A stretch of 64,000 nucleotides of DNA, taken from Felis catus (Eukaryota). A program made the translations under genes and the position numbers. The notes under the pieces were generated by a model. That model had not been told where the DNA came from and made no database searches. It saw only the letters and a program-made list of their open reading frames with translations. Each line of letters opens with the position of its first letter. Positions within the stretch are counted from its first letter, which is position 1. Below are positions 23,912 through 37,114 of the stretch, piece after piece. The stretch covers positions 130,264,001 to 130,328,000 of the forward strand of contig NC_058368.1 in the NCBI RefSeq assembly GCF_018350175.1, written 5' to 3'.

Positions 23912-24360
23912 TTTTTTTTTTTTTCAATATATGAAATTTATTGTCAAATTGGTTTCCATACAACACCCAGTGCTCATCCCAAAAGGTGCCCTCCTCAATA
24001 CCCATCACCCACCCTCCACTCCCTCCCACCCCCCATCAACCCTCAGTTTGTTCTCAGTTTTTAAGAGTCTCTTATGCTTTGGCTCTCTCCCACTCTAACC
24101 TCTTTTTTTTTTTCTTCCCCTCCTCCATGGGTTTCTGTTAAGTTTCTCAGGATCCACATAGGAGTGAAAACATATGGTATCTGTCTTTCTCTGTATGGCT
24201 TATTTCACTTAGCATCACACTCTCTAGTTCCATCCACGTTGCTACAAAGGGCCATATTTCGTTCTTTCTCATTGCCATGTAGTTCTCCATTGTGTATATA
24301 AACCACAATTTCTTTATCCATTCATCAGTTGATGGACATTTAGGCTCTTTCCATAATTTG
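23912..24360 (-). mobile_element. 5'-truncated young carnivore/felid L1 (3'UTR plus ORF2 end, ~450 bp)
   Basis: Poly(T) tail, tttattg polyA signal, G-rich 3'UTR tract; perfect 18-bp TSD gaagccagagagattctt (23894-23911, 24361-24378). Confidence 0.95.
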
Positions 24361-25645
24361 GAAGCCAGAGAGATTCTTAATACTTTTTGAGAAACACAAA
24401 TTTTTTAGACATACTCTTGTATGTTTGCTATTAAGTAATTTTACCCTTACTGCAAATATAAAATCAGAATAGCTAATAAACAATGTCAGGACACATGCAC
24501 ATTAAGTTTCTTCTGTCTCCCATCATCCCCGTGTTTTTATTTTTGGAAGGCATTAAAATATAAGAGACTTGAACTTTTGATGTAAGGTTTTCATTATGAA
24601 TATGGCAGGTGAGGAAAACAAAATGGGCAAAGATTATATCTGCAAATTTTCTGCAACTTGCTGTTGTGAAAGCGTCTCCTCCACCCTCTGACAGCTTTAT
24701 TGTGATATAATTGATATTTAATGTTGTTTAAGATGTACAGGGTGTTGATTTGGTACATTTATATATTGCAAAACGATACCTGCTCTGGTGTTAGACAACA
24801 CCTCCATCACAACACATAGTTGCCATTTTTTGTATATGTGTGGTAAGAACTTCTCAGGATCTACTCTCCTAGAAACTTTCAAGTATATAGGATAATATTA
24901 ACTATCATCTCCATGGTATACACAGATCTCCACAACTCATAACTGGAAGTTTGTACCCTTTGAACCACATCTCCCCATTTTCCCCACCTTACTCCTGGTC
25001 CTTGGTAATCAATCTTTTGCTTTCTGTTTCTATGAGTTTGGATTTTTTAGATTCCACATATAAGTGATATCATTTGTCTTTCTCTCTTTGATTTACTTCA
25101 CTTGGCATAATGTTCTGAAGGTCCGTCCATGTTGTTACAAATGACAGAATTTCCTTCTTTATCATAGCTCAATAAGAATCCATGGTACATATATACCACA
25201 TCTTGTTCATCCATTTATCTATTGACACATACATGTTGTTTCCATATCTTGGTTATTGTGAATAATGTTGCAATAAGCACGGGGAGTATAGATACCTATT
25301 CAAGATCCTGTTGTCATTTCCTTTGTATATATACCCAGAAGTGGAATTCCTGGATCATAGGATAGCTCTATGTTTTCTTTTAGGAGTTCCATGGTTTCAG
25401 ATCTTACATTCAAATCTTTAATCCATTTTGAGTTGATTTTTGTGTACAGTGTAAGATGGTGGTCAAGTTTCATTGTTTTGCATGTGCCTGTCCAGTTTCC
25501 CTGGTACCATTATAGAAGAGACTCTCCTTTCCCCATTATATATTCTTGGCTTCTTTGTTGTAAGTTAGATGATGATGTATGTGTTGGTTTATTACTGAGC
25601 TTTCTCTTCTGTTCCATTGATCTCTGTGTGTGTGTGGTTGTTTTT

Positions 25646-26005
25646 TTTTTTTTTAATTTATGTCCAAATTAGTTAGCATATAATGCAACAATGATTTCAG
25701 GAGTAGATTCCTTAGTACCCCTTACCCATTTAGCCCATCCCCCTCCCACAATCCTTCCAGTAACCCTCAGTTTGTTCTCCATATTTATGAGTCTCTTCTG
25801 TTTTGTCCCCCTCTCTGTTTTTGTATTATTTTTTCCCTTCCCTTATGTTCATCTGTTTGTCTCTTAAAGTCCTCATATGAGTGAAGTCATATGATTTTTG
25901 TCTTTCTCTGGCTGACTAATTTAACTTAGCATCATAACCTCCAGTTCCATCTATGTAGTTGCAAATGGCAAGATTTCATTCTTTTTGATTGCTGAGTAAT
26001 ACTCC

Positions 26006-26095
<90 letters not shown>

Positions 26096-28903
26096 ATCTT
26101 CTTTATCCATTCAATTCATTCATCCATCGATGGACATTTGGACTCTTTCCATACATTGGCTATTGTTGATAGTGTTGCTATAAACATGGGGATACATGTG
26201 TCCCTTCAAAACAGCACACCTGTATCCCTTGGATAAATGCCTAGTAGTGCAATTGCTGGGTCCTAGGGTAGTTCTATTTTTAATTTTTTGAGAAACCTCC
26301 ATACTGTTTTCCAGAGCGGCTGCACCAGTTTGCATTCCCAACAGCAGTGCAAAAGAGATCCTCTTTCTCTGCATCCTCACCAACATCTGTTGTTGCCTGC
26401 ATTGTTAATGTTAGCCATTCTGACAGGTGTAAGGTGGTATCTTATTGTGGTTTTGATTTGCATTTCCCTGATGATGAGTGATGTTGAGCATTGTTTCATG
26501 TGTCGGTTGGCCATCTGGATGTCTTCCTTGGAGAAGTGTCTATTCATGTCTTTTTCCCATTTCTCCACTGGATAATTTGTTTTTTGGGTGTTGAGTTTGA
26601 TAAGTTCTTTATAGATTCTGGATACTAACCCTTTATCTGATACGTCATTTGCAAATATCTTCTCGCATACTCTCAGTTGCCTTTTAGTTTTGCTGATTGT
26701 TTCCTTCACTGTGCAGAAGCTCTTTATTTTGATGAGGTCCCAATAGTTCATTTTTGCTTTTGTTTCCCTTGCGTTTGGAGACGTGTTGAGTAAGAAGTTG
26801 CTATGGGAAAGATCAAAGAGGTTTTTGCCTGCTTTCTCCTTGAGGATTTTGATGGCTTCCTGTCTTAGGTTTAGGCCTTTCATCCATTTTGAGTTTATTT
26901 TTGTGTATGGTGTAAGAAAGTGGTCCAGGTTCATTCTTCTGCATGTTGGTGTCCAGTTTTCCCCGTACCACTTGCTGAAGAGACTGTCTTTATTCCATTG
27001 GATATTCTTTCCTGCTTTGTTAAACATTAGTTGGCCATACGTTTGTGGGTCCATTTCTGGGTTCTCTATTCTATTCCATTGATCTGAGTGTCTGTTCTTG
27101 TGCCAGTATCATACTGTCTTGATGATTACAGCTTTGTCGTATAGCTTGAAGTCTGGGATTGTGATGCCTCCTGCTTTGGTTTTCTTTTTCAAGATTGCTT
27201 TGGCTATTCGGGGTCTTTTCTGATTGCATACAAATTTTAGGATTATTTTTTCTAGCTCTGTGAAGAATGCTGGTGTTAGTCTGATAGGGATTGCATTGAA
27301 TACGTAGATTGCTTTGGGTAGTATCGACATTTTAACAATATTTGTTCTTCCTCTCCAGGAGCCTGGAATCTTTTTCCATTTCTTTGTGTCTTCTTCAATT
27401 TCTTTCATAAGCTTTGTATAGTTTTCAGTGAATAGATTTTTCACCTCTTTGATTAGATTTATTCCTAGGTATTTTATGGTTTTTGTGCAACTGTAAGTCG
27501 GTTTGATTCCTTGATTTCTCTTTCTTTTGCTTCATTGTTGGTGTATAGGAATGCAGCCGATTTCTGTGCATTGACATTATATCCTGCCACTTTGCTGAAT
27601 TCATGGATCAATTCTAGCAGTCTTTTGGTGGAATCTTTTGGGTTTTCCATATAGAGTATCTTGTGATCTGCGAAGAGTGAAAGTTTGATCTCCTCCTGGC
27701 CAGTTTGGATGCCTTTTATTTCTTTGTATTGTCTGATTGCAGAGGCTAAGACTTCCAATGCTAAGTTGAGTAACAGTGGCGAGAGTGGACATCCCTGTCT
27801 TATTCCTGACCTTAAGTGGAAAGCTCTCAGTTTTTCCCCAGTGAGGATGATATTAGCGTTGGGTCTTTCATATATGGCTTTTATGATCTCGAGATATGCT
27901 CGTTCTATCCCTGCTTTCTTGAGGGTTTTCATCAAGAAAGGATGCTGTATTTTGTCAAATGCTTTCTCTGCATCTACTGAGAGGATCATATGGTTCTTGT
28001 CCTTTCTTTTATTGATGTGATGAATCACCTTAATTGTTTTGTGGATATTGAACCAGCCTTGCATCCCAGGTATAAATCCCACTTGGTCGTGGTGAATAAT
28101 TTTTTTAATGTATTGTTGGTTCCGGTTGGGTAATATCTTGTTGAGGATTTTTGCATCCATGTTCATCAGGGAAAGTGGTCTATAGTTCTCCTTTTTAGTG
28201 GGATCTCTGTCTGGTTTTGGAATCAAGGTAATGCTGGCTTCATAGAAAGAGTTTGGATGTTTTCCTTCCATTTCTATTTTTTGGAACAGTTTCAAGAGAA
28301 TAGGTGTTAACTCTTCTTTAATGTTTGGTAGACTTCCCCTGGAAAGCCATTTGGAGCTGGACTCTTGTTTTTTGGGAGATTTTTGATTGCTAATTTGATT
28401 TCCTTACTGGTTATGGGTTTGTTAAAATTTTCTATTTTTTCCTGTTTCAGTTTGGGTAGTGTATATGTTTCTAGGAATTTGTCCATTTCTTCCAGATTTC
28501 CCATTTTACTGGCATATAATTGCTCATAATATTCTCTTATTATTGTTTTAATTTCTGCTGTGTTGGTTGTGATCTCTCCTCTTTCATTCTTGATTTTATT
28601 TATTTGGGCCCTTTCCTTTTTCTTTTTGATCAAACTGGCTAGTGGTTTATCAGTTTTGTTAATTCTTTCAAAGAACCAACATCTGGTTTCATTGATCTGT
28701 TCTATTGTTTTTTTGGTTTTGATAGCATTAATTTCTGCTCTAATCTTTATTATTTCCTGTCTTCTGTGGGCGTTGGGTTTTATTTGCTGTTCTTTTTCCA
28801 GCTCCTTAAGGCGTAAGGTTAGGTTGTATATCTGAGATCTTTTTTCCTTCTTTAGGAAGGCCTGGATTGTTATATACTTTCCTCTTGTGACCACCTTTGC
28901 TGC
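25646..28903 (-). mobile_element. 5'-truncated felid L1 (~3.26 kb; ORF2 RT and C-terminal part, disrupted)
   Basis: ORF fragments 28307-28894, 27474-28295, 27109-27444, 26377-27054 and 26120-26386 are L1 ORF2p (QGCPLSPLL; catalytic FADD altered to FADH); TSD tctctgtgt…ttgttttt (25621-25645, 28904-28920). Confidence 0.95.
26008..26091 (+). repeat. Compound (TG)20(TA)22 microsatellite inside the L1 3' region
   Basis: Direct reading. Confidence 0.97.
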
Positions 28904-29240
28904 TCTCTGTGTTTGTTTTTATGCCATTTCCATACTGTTTTAATAACTATAGCTTTGTAATATACTTTGAATTCAGAAAACATAATCACCTTCAGCATTG
29001 TTTTCCTCTCATGATTGCTGTAGCTGTTCTGGTTGGTTCTTTTTGTGATTCCATTCAAATTTTAGGGTTGTTTGTTCCATTTTTGTGAAAAATGCCATTG
29101 GGAATTTTTATAGGGTTTGCACTGAATCAGTAGATGGCTTTGGGTAGTACAGACATTTTTTAAAAATTCTTTCATGTTCATAAAGTATATTTCCAGTTAT
29201 TTGTGTCTTCATTTTCTTTCGTCAGTGTCTTTGAGGTTTC

Positions 29241-29476
29241 TTTCTTCTTGTTCATTAAAAAATTTTTTTTAATGTTTATTTATTATTGAGAGACAGAGAG
29301 ACACAGAGTGTGAGCAGGGGAGGTGTAGGGAGAGGGGGAGACATAGAATCTGAAGTAGGCTCCAGGCTCTGAGCTGTCAGCACAGAGCCCGATGCGAGGC
29401 TAGAAGTCACAAACTGTGAGATCAAGACCTGAGCTGGAGTTGGTACCTTAACCAACTGAGCCACCCAGGTGCCCCC
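29241..29476 (-). mobile_element. Can-SINE
   Basis: TSD agtgtctttgaggtttc / agtgtctttgaattttc. Confidence 0.95.
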
Positions 29477-29743
29477 TAGTGTCTTTGAATTTTCAACTTA
29501 CAAATCTTTCACCTCCTGGGTTAAATTTATTTCTAAGTATTTTATTCTTTTTGATGCAGTTATAAGTGGAATTGTTTTCTTAATTTCTCTACCTGGCAGT
29601 TCATTATTATTATATTAAATTTCAACTGATTTTTGTATGTTGATTTTGTATCTTAATTTATTGAAATAATTTATTCTTTCTAAGAGTTAGGTCAGTTGGG
29701 CTCTGACAAAACTCCAGTAGGTTAGGCTCTGGTAATTAGTTTC

Positions 29744-29958
29744 GGTGGCACCTATGTGGCTCAGTCAATTTAGTGTCCGACTTCAGTTCAGGTCATGATC
29801 TTGTGGTTCGTGGGTTCGAGCCCTGTGTCAGGCTCTGTGCGGACAACACGGAGCGTGGAGCCTGCTTCAGATTCTGTGTCTCCCTCTCTCTCTGCCCCTC
29901 CCCCACTCAAGCTCTGTCTCTGTCTCTCACTCTCAAATAAAATAAAAAAAACCACATA
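29744..29958 (+). mobile_element. Can-SINE
   Basis: SINE body; flanks aattagttt / aaatagttt. Confidence 0.93.
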
Positions 29959-30014
29959 AAATAGTTTGCTTGAGGGCAGATTTTGTTCAGGAGAACAGCA
30001 TTCTCTGGTATATT

Positions 30015-30236
30015 AAAAAAAATTTTAATGTTTGCTCATTTTTGAGAGAGAGAGATACGGCATGAGCAGGGGAAGGGCAGAGAGAGAGAGGGATACACAG
30101 AACCTGAAGAAACCTCCAGGCTCTGAGCTGTCAGCACAGAGCCTGATGTGGGGCTTGAACCCACAAACCACAAGATCATGACCTGATTGGTCTGAAGTCA
30201 GAGGATTACCACCTGACTGAGCCACCCAGGTGCCCC
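30015..30236 (-). mobile_element. Can-SINE
   Basis: TSD tctctggtatatt / tctctggtgtatt. Confidence 0.95.
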
Positions 30237-32193
30237 TCTCTGGTGTATTTAAAAATGATGGCTTTCCTTCTCCTCTCACTGGAACACATATTTTGTCTGA
30301 TTTTCACCGTGAGACCCTGGTAGGGCTGCTGGAGATATAACCCACAAAACTGTGGGGGTACTCCATATGATTTGGGACCCCTAGAGATTTTAGCTTTCAT
30401 ACTTTTGTGCACTGAGCCTCCTGCATTTGTTCAGTTATGGTGGGGGGGGTTTCCTACCCTGGTGCTGGTTTCTGAGGAGGTTTCTGGGTTTTTGCTCTGG
30501 TAAATTGTGATCTGTGTATTCTCCTGTGTACCTCTCTAATTTTGTTATGTTATTACTGTGACAGATCTAAAGAGTTGTCGATTTTTAGATTGTTCTTCTT
30601 TTTACGTGTTAGGGCAGAGTGACAAGTTCCAAGCCCCTTACGTGCTGGAATGGAAACCAGAAGTCTTATATTGTCCTTTCCATGTTTGGTTTATTACTAT
30701 GTATTTAGTACTTTTTTTGGTTGCTATTTTTTTCTAGTATTACATCTTGTAACTAGTGATGTTTTATACATGAGAGCTATTATTTTCCGTATGTTATTTT
30801 TTCCCCATCATCTTACTAAATTTTCTTATTGTTGGTAATAGTTTTTCAGTGGATTCTATTGGTTTTCCAGGTATATGCAGTTTTCCAGTTAGCTCCATTG
30901 CACAACCAGACTACAGTGGTGAAGATGGTCCCTGGGGTTGTGAAACATGATGTTCCAGTTGATTCATTTCACCTGGAGGAGAGATAATTCTACCTTTCTC
31001 TGTATAACTTTTGTGCATCTCATTTGTTTGTCTTGCCTCATTGTATTGGCTAGTTCCTCCAGAACAACGTAACCATAACAGTGGAATTATTTCCACTTGT
31101 TTTTGACTTTACTGGGGGACAGTGGCACTATTTTTTCCTTTTAAGCATGATCATGTTCAAGATATCTTGAGTTCTTTCTATTTATTTTAAGTTTTTTCTT
31201 TTTTAAAATCAGGTATAGGAGAGAATTTTGAGTACAGGTGATATTTGAGGCCATAGGTGTGACGAAAAGAGACTATATATAGTGGAAGGAGGGGACCATG
31301 AGTTATATCTGAGGAAACACCTGTTATTAAAAGTGGAAGGAGAAAGGAAATAAAGAAACAATGAGAGGAGTGTCTGGGCTGAGATAAAATTGTGTGATGG
31401 TGTTATAAAAACTTGTCGGCACTATTTATAGAAATGAAAGCAGTTTACGTTGGAACAGAAGTCCTAGTGACCAGCAGAATAACAAAATGGGACAGTGCTT
31501 CTTTGATTTGGAAGAATAATATGTGTTGGCTTTGTAGAATTTCTATAGAAGTTATAAATGATGTATGAAATCAAAAAGTATCTCTCTGTGCTGCAATGTT
31601 GCATTTAGAGGCAATCAGGTCTATTGAGCTCAAAGCCCAAGAAGAAGTAAAATGAAGCCCTTTCCTCAATATTCAGAAACACTGAACTATTTCCAGTTTT
31701 CCTAATGCTTTACAAAATTGAATCTGTTAGTCTGGAGAGACACCTCATATCAGCTCTATGTAAACAGCAATAAAAAAATGATTCTCAGTTGAGCAAAGTT
31801 TCCTCAAAAATGTTATGTATAATGCATATTTCAGTGATGTTCTTTGGAGAAATGGTCAGTTTCCTAAATTGGAAACTGTAGACAGAGGCACCAGAGTAAA
31901 TGCTTCAGAAGTGAGAATCTTGAATACATGAGATGTACAGGAACATAGAATACAGTATTGAGGAACGAATCCAGAGAATAGCTTAGTTTCCTGTAAGAAT
32001 ATTCCTATTACTAGTTTTCTAGTAATTTTTGAGTGGCCATTATTCATTATACATCAACATGTTTAAAGTAGTGACAATACATATACTTACCTCCTGGTTT
32101 TGTGATAGTGAAGGAAAAAATACAGGTGACATATTTAGCACAGTTCCTGGAATACTATCAGTTAGTGTTAGATTTCTTCTCACTAAAATGTAA

Positions 32194-32228
<35 letters not shown>

Positions 32229-32382
32229 ATTTTTAAACTGGGGTGATAAATCCTCAGTCAGTGGTCACACTAAGCATTTGGAATGATTAATCTACTCAAA
32301 TGCAGTTGAAAATTGATAGCCCAGTTTTAACTCTAGCTAAAAAAAATGAAACAGATTTGGAAGTCTTTAGTGGCAAGAACCG

Positions 32383-32507
32383 AAAGATGACCATATAATT
32401 TATAGCCTGAACCAGGACACTTCCGAGAGAGAGAGCGAGCGAGCGCGAGCAGTGCTCATAATTACTCTGGGGCAGTCTCAGATAAATCAGGATGAATGGT
32501 CACCCTA
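32383..32507. mobile_element. MER94-like hAT-Blackjack MITE
   Basis: aagatgaccatataatttatagcctgaaccaggacactt…atggtcacccta matches the MER94-type ends TAGGGTGACCATA…TGGTCACCCTA. Confidence 0.75.
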
Positions 32508-35500
32508 GACAAAAGTCTTGAGTTGCTATTTTGTGAAAAGATGGACATATTCCCTCTTATCTCAGGACATATCTGGCCATGGATGGGGAGACCAGAGCCT
32601 AGAATTAGGTTTACATAGTCAGGGAATAACCCCAGCTGAAGATGCAAATGTAATAATTGGTTTAGCAAGTACATCTAGCTTTCAGATGGTGTAGCAACAT
32701 CTCCCAGGTGAGCAGACCATCTATGATAAGAGACCAAGATAAAGTGTACTAAGTTTGAATAGGCGAACAGAAAGCAGAAATGTGGGTAATCCAGATAAGT
32801 GACTGTTGTGAATAAAAACAGGTTGCCATAATATGCACTCAAGAAGTGTTAGTAGCAGACCCAAGCTGTTAAAAGATAAACTGGGCTACTAGGAGGGGCA
32901 AGATCTCAGTGGATGAAAGTGAGGAAAGGTAAAGGTGGAGCCAACATGAATGGTGACTTATGTTGAAGCACAGCCATAAAAACTGCTTAATCTCTTCTGC
33001 TTCACCTGAGTGTTAGCTCGGGGAACTGGGAGCTGGGCTGAGCTGGTGGGTGAGGAATATAGAGGTTTTCGTTCTTTCTCTCTCCTTTTTTTCCCCTTTT
33101 TATTTTGAGTAGAGTTGATACACAATGTTACATTAGTTTCAGGTGTACAACAGAATGATATGACAGGTTTATACATTATGTTGTGTTCACCACAACTATA
33201 GCTACTATCTGTCTCATTATATCACTATTGTAACATCATTGACTCTGTTTCTTATGCTCTGCTATTTATTCCCATGACTTAACTCCATAATTGGAAGGCT
33301 GTATCTCCCTGTCCCCTTCTCACATTTTGCCCAGTCCCCCACCCCTGTCCTGGGCAACCATCTATTTGTTCTCTTTGTTTGTAGTTCTCATTCTCCCTTT
33401 TGTTTGTTTATTCGTTTTTTTAGATTCCATTTATTAGTGGAATCTTATGGTAGCTGCCTTTCTGTGACTGATTTATTTCACTTAGCATTATGCCCTTCCA
33501 GGTCCATCCATGTTGTCTCAAATGGCATTATCTCATCCTTTTTATGGCTGCGTAATCGTCCATGTATATATATATACACCACATCTTCCTTACACATTTA
33601 TCTCTTGATGCACACTTAGATTGCTTCTGTGTCTTGGCTATTGTTAATAATGCTACAATAAACATAGAGGTGATATATCTTTTCAAGCTAATGTTTTCCT
33701 TTTCCCTGGGTAAATACCCAGTCGTTTTATTGGATCATATAGCATTTGTATTTTTAATTTTTTGGGCAACCTTTATACTCTTTCCATAGTGGCTGTACCA
33801 ATTCACATTGCCACCAACAGTGCAGGAGGGTTCTTTTCCCCCACATCCTTGCCAACACTTGTTTCTTGTCTTCTTGGTTTTAGCCAATCTAAAAGACGTG
33901 AAGTGATATCTCATTGTGGTTTTAATTTGTATTTCCCTGATGATTGGTGATGTTGAACATGTTTTCATGTGTCTGTTGGCTATCTGCATGTCTTCTTTGG
34001 AAAAGTGTCTATTAATTGGATTGTTTATTGGTGTTGTAAAAGTTCTTTATGTAGTTTGGCTATTAACCACTTATCATTTATGTCATTTACAAATATCTTC
34101 TCTCATTCAGTAACAGAGTCTCTTTTTACTTTCTTGATGGTTTCCTTTGTTGTGTAATAGCTTTTTATTTTGGAGTGCTGGTAGTTTATTTTTATGTTTA
34201 TTTCCCTTGTCTTAGAAGTCCTATCTAGAAGAATGTTGCTATGGCTGACATCAGAGAAATTACTACCTGTGTTCATTTCTACATTTTTATGGTTTAGTTC
34301 TTATATTTAGGTCTTTAATCCATTTTGAGTTATTTTGTATAAGGTGTTAGAAAGTATCCAGTTTCTTTCTTTTACATGTAGCTGTCTAGTTTCCCCAGCA
34401 CCATTTATTGAAAAGACCCTCCTTTCCCCATTGTATGTTGTTGCCTAACGTTGTCTAATATTAACTGACCATATGAGTGTGGGTTTATTTCTGGGATCTC
34501 CTTTCTGATCCATTGATTTCTGTGTCTCTTTCTGTGACAGTACCATATTGTTTTGATTACTATCACATTGTAGTGTATCTTGAAATCTGGAATTGTGATA
34601 CATCCGGCATTGTTCTTTCTCAGGATTCCTTTGGCTATTCAGGGTCTTCTGCATTGAATCTGTAGGTTGCTTCGGGTAATATTGACATTTTGGCAATCTT
34701 AATTTCTCCAATCCAAGAGAACAGAATACCTTTCCATTTGTTTGTGTCCTCTTTAATTTCTTTCCTCAGTGTTTTATAGTTTTCCAGAGTACTGGTCTTT
34801 CACTTCTTGGATCAAGTTTATTCCTAGTTATTTTATTCTTTTTGGTGCAATCATAGATGGTATTGTTTTCAAAATTTTTTGCTGTGACTTCGTTGTTAAT
34901 GTATAGAAATGATGATTTCTGGCTATTAATTTTGTATTCTGCCACTTTACTGAATTCATTTATTGCCTCTAGGAGTTTTTTTTGGTGAAATCTTTAGGGT
35001 TTTCTGTGTATAGTATCATTCATTTGCAAATACTGACAGTTTAACTTCTTTACCAATACAGATACCTCTTACTTCTTTTCCTTGTATATTGCTGGGACTA
35101 GGACTTCTAGTACTATGTTGAATAAAAGTGACAAGAGTGGATATCCTTCTCCTGTTCCTGACCTAAGGGAGAAAACTCTTAGTTTTGCCACATTGAGGAT
35201 GATGTTAGCTGTGGTTTTTTCACATAAGGCTTTATTATGTTGAGGTATGTTACCTCTAACTCCATTTCATTGAGAGTTGTCATGAATGGATGTTGAATCT
35301 TGTCAAATGCTTTTTCTGCAAGTATTGACATGATAATATGATTTTTATCCTTTGTTGGTTGATGTGTATGATGTTGATTGATTTGCAAATTTTGAACCAT
35401 CCTTGCATCCTGGGGAATAAATCCCACTTCATTGTGGTGGATGCTCTTTTTAATGTGTTGTTGTATGTGGTTTGCTAGCATTTTGTTGAGGATTTTCACA

Positions 35501-36496
35501 TGTATGTTCATCAGGGATATTGACCTATAGTGGGTTTTTTTTGTTGCTTCTTTGTTTGTTTTTGTGGTGTCTTTGTCTGGTTTTGGTGTCAGGCTAATGC
35601 TGACCTCATAGAACATATTTGGAAGATTTCTTTTTTCTATTTGGAGTAGTTTGAAGAGAATAGGTATTAACCCTTCTTTAAATGTGTAGTAGAATCCTCT
35701 GTGAATCTGTCTGTTCCTGGACTTTTATTACTTGATAGTTTTTTGATTATCATTTCAATTTCATTACTTGTAATTGGTTGATCTTCTATTTCTTCCTGGT
35801 TTAGTTTTGGAACATTGTATATTTCTAAGAATGTATCTATTTCTTCTAGGTTGTCCAATTTGTTGGCAAATAGTTTTTCATAATATTCTCTTATAATCCT
35901 TTGTATTTCTGTAGTGTCATTTGTTATTTCTCCTCTCTTATTTCTGATTTTATTTATTTGAGTCCTTTCTCTTTTTTCCTTCATGAATCTAGCTAAGGGT
36001 TTGTCAATTTTGTTTATCTTTTCAAAGATGAGCACTTGGTTTCAATGATTTTTTCTATTTTATTTAGTCTCTATGCCATTTATTTCTACACTCATTTCTA
36101 TTATTTCCTCTTTTCTAGTTCCTTTAAGAATGAGGTTACATTGCTTCTTTGAATTTTTTTTTGTATCTGGAGGTAGGTATACTTCCCTTTTGTATTACTG
36201 TGCACTTCCCTGTTAGAACTCCTTTGCTGTGTCCCAGAGACTGTGGACCATTGTGCTTTCATTTTCACTTGTCTTCATGTATTTTTTTTATTTTTTCTTT
36301 GACTGCTCATGACCCACTGATCGTTTAGTATCATGTTGTTTAGTCTCCATGTGTTTGTGTTTTTTCCAGTCTTTTACTTGTGATTTATTTCTAGTTTCAT
36401 ACTGTTGTCATCAGAAAAGATGCATGCTATGAATTCAGTCTTCTTAATTTATTGAAGCTTGTTTTATGGCCTAATATGTGATCTATTCTGGAGAAT

Positions 36497-36719
36497 TTTT
36501 TTTTCCCATTTTTTAAAATGTTTATTTATTTTTGAGAGAGAGAGACAGAGTACGAGAGGGGGAAGGGCAGAGAGAAAGAGGGAGACGCAGAATCTGAAGC
36601 AGGCTCCAGGTTCTGAGCTGTCAGCACAGAGCCCAATGTGGGGCTCGAACCCACAGATTGTGGGATCGTGACTTGAGCTGAAGTCATATGCTTAACCAAC
36701 TGAGACACCCAGGCACCTG
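36497..36719 (-). mobile_element. Can-SINE nested in L1
   Basis: Perfect 13-bp TSD tattctggagaat (36484-36496, 36720-36732). Confidence 0.96.
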
Positions 36720-36909
36720 TATTCTGGAGAATGTTCTATATGCACTCAAAACAAATGTGTATTCTGTTGTTTTTTGATGGAATGTTTTCTGTATATCTGT
36801 GAAGTCATTCTGGTGTAATGTGATGTTCAAAGCCATTGTTTCCTTATTGGTTTTCTGTCTGGATGATCTGTCCATTGATCTAAGTGGAGACTTAAAGTTC
36901 CCCACTATT

Positions 36910-37114
36910 GGGACACCTGAGTGGCTCAGTCAGTTAAGAGTCCAACTCTTGATTTCAGCTCAGGTTATGATCTTACTGTTTATGAGATTGAATCCTGCGT
37001 CAGGCTCTGTGCTGACAGTGTAGAGCCTACTTGGGATTCTCTCTCCCTCTGTCTGCCCCTCCCCTGCTCTCTTTCTTTCTCTCTCTCTCTCTCAAAATAA
37101 ATAAATAAAATAAA
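36910..37114 (+). mobile_element. Can-SINE nested in L1
   Basis: Degraded TSD aaagttccccactatt / aaagtcccctaatatt. Confidence 0.93.

Larger units (their letters stand above)
24690..29690 (-). mobile_element. Older L1 (L1MA/L1_Carn-like) 3' part, split by a younger L1 (25646-28903) and a SINE
   Basis: Host sequence …ttccattgatctctgtg (25612-25628) resumes as …tttatgccatttccatactgttttaataactatagctttg after 28920. Confidence 0.8.
29690..30665 (-). mobile_element. Ancient L1MC/MD-like 5' region relic carrying two SINEs
   Basis: ttttcaccgtgagaccctggtagggctgctggag…aactgtggggg; ends …ttccaagcccct tacgtgctggaatggaaaccagaagtc. Confidence 0.55.
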
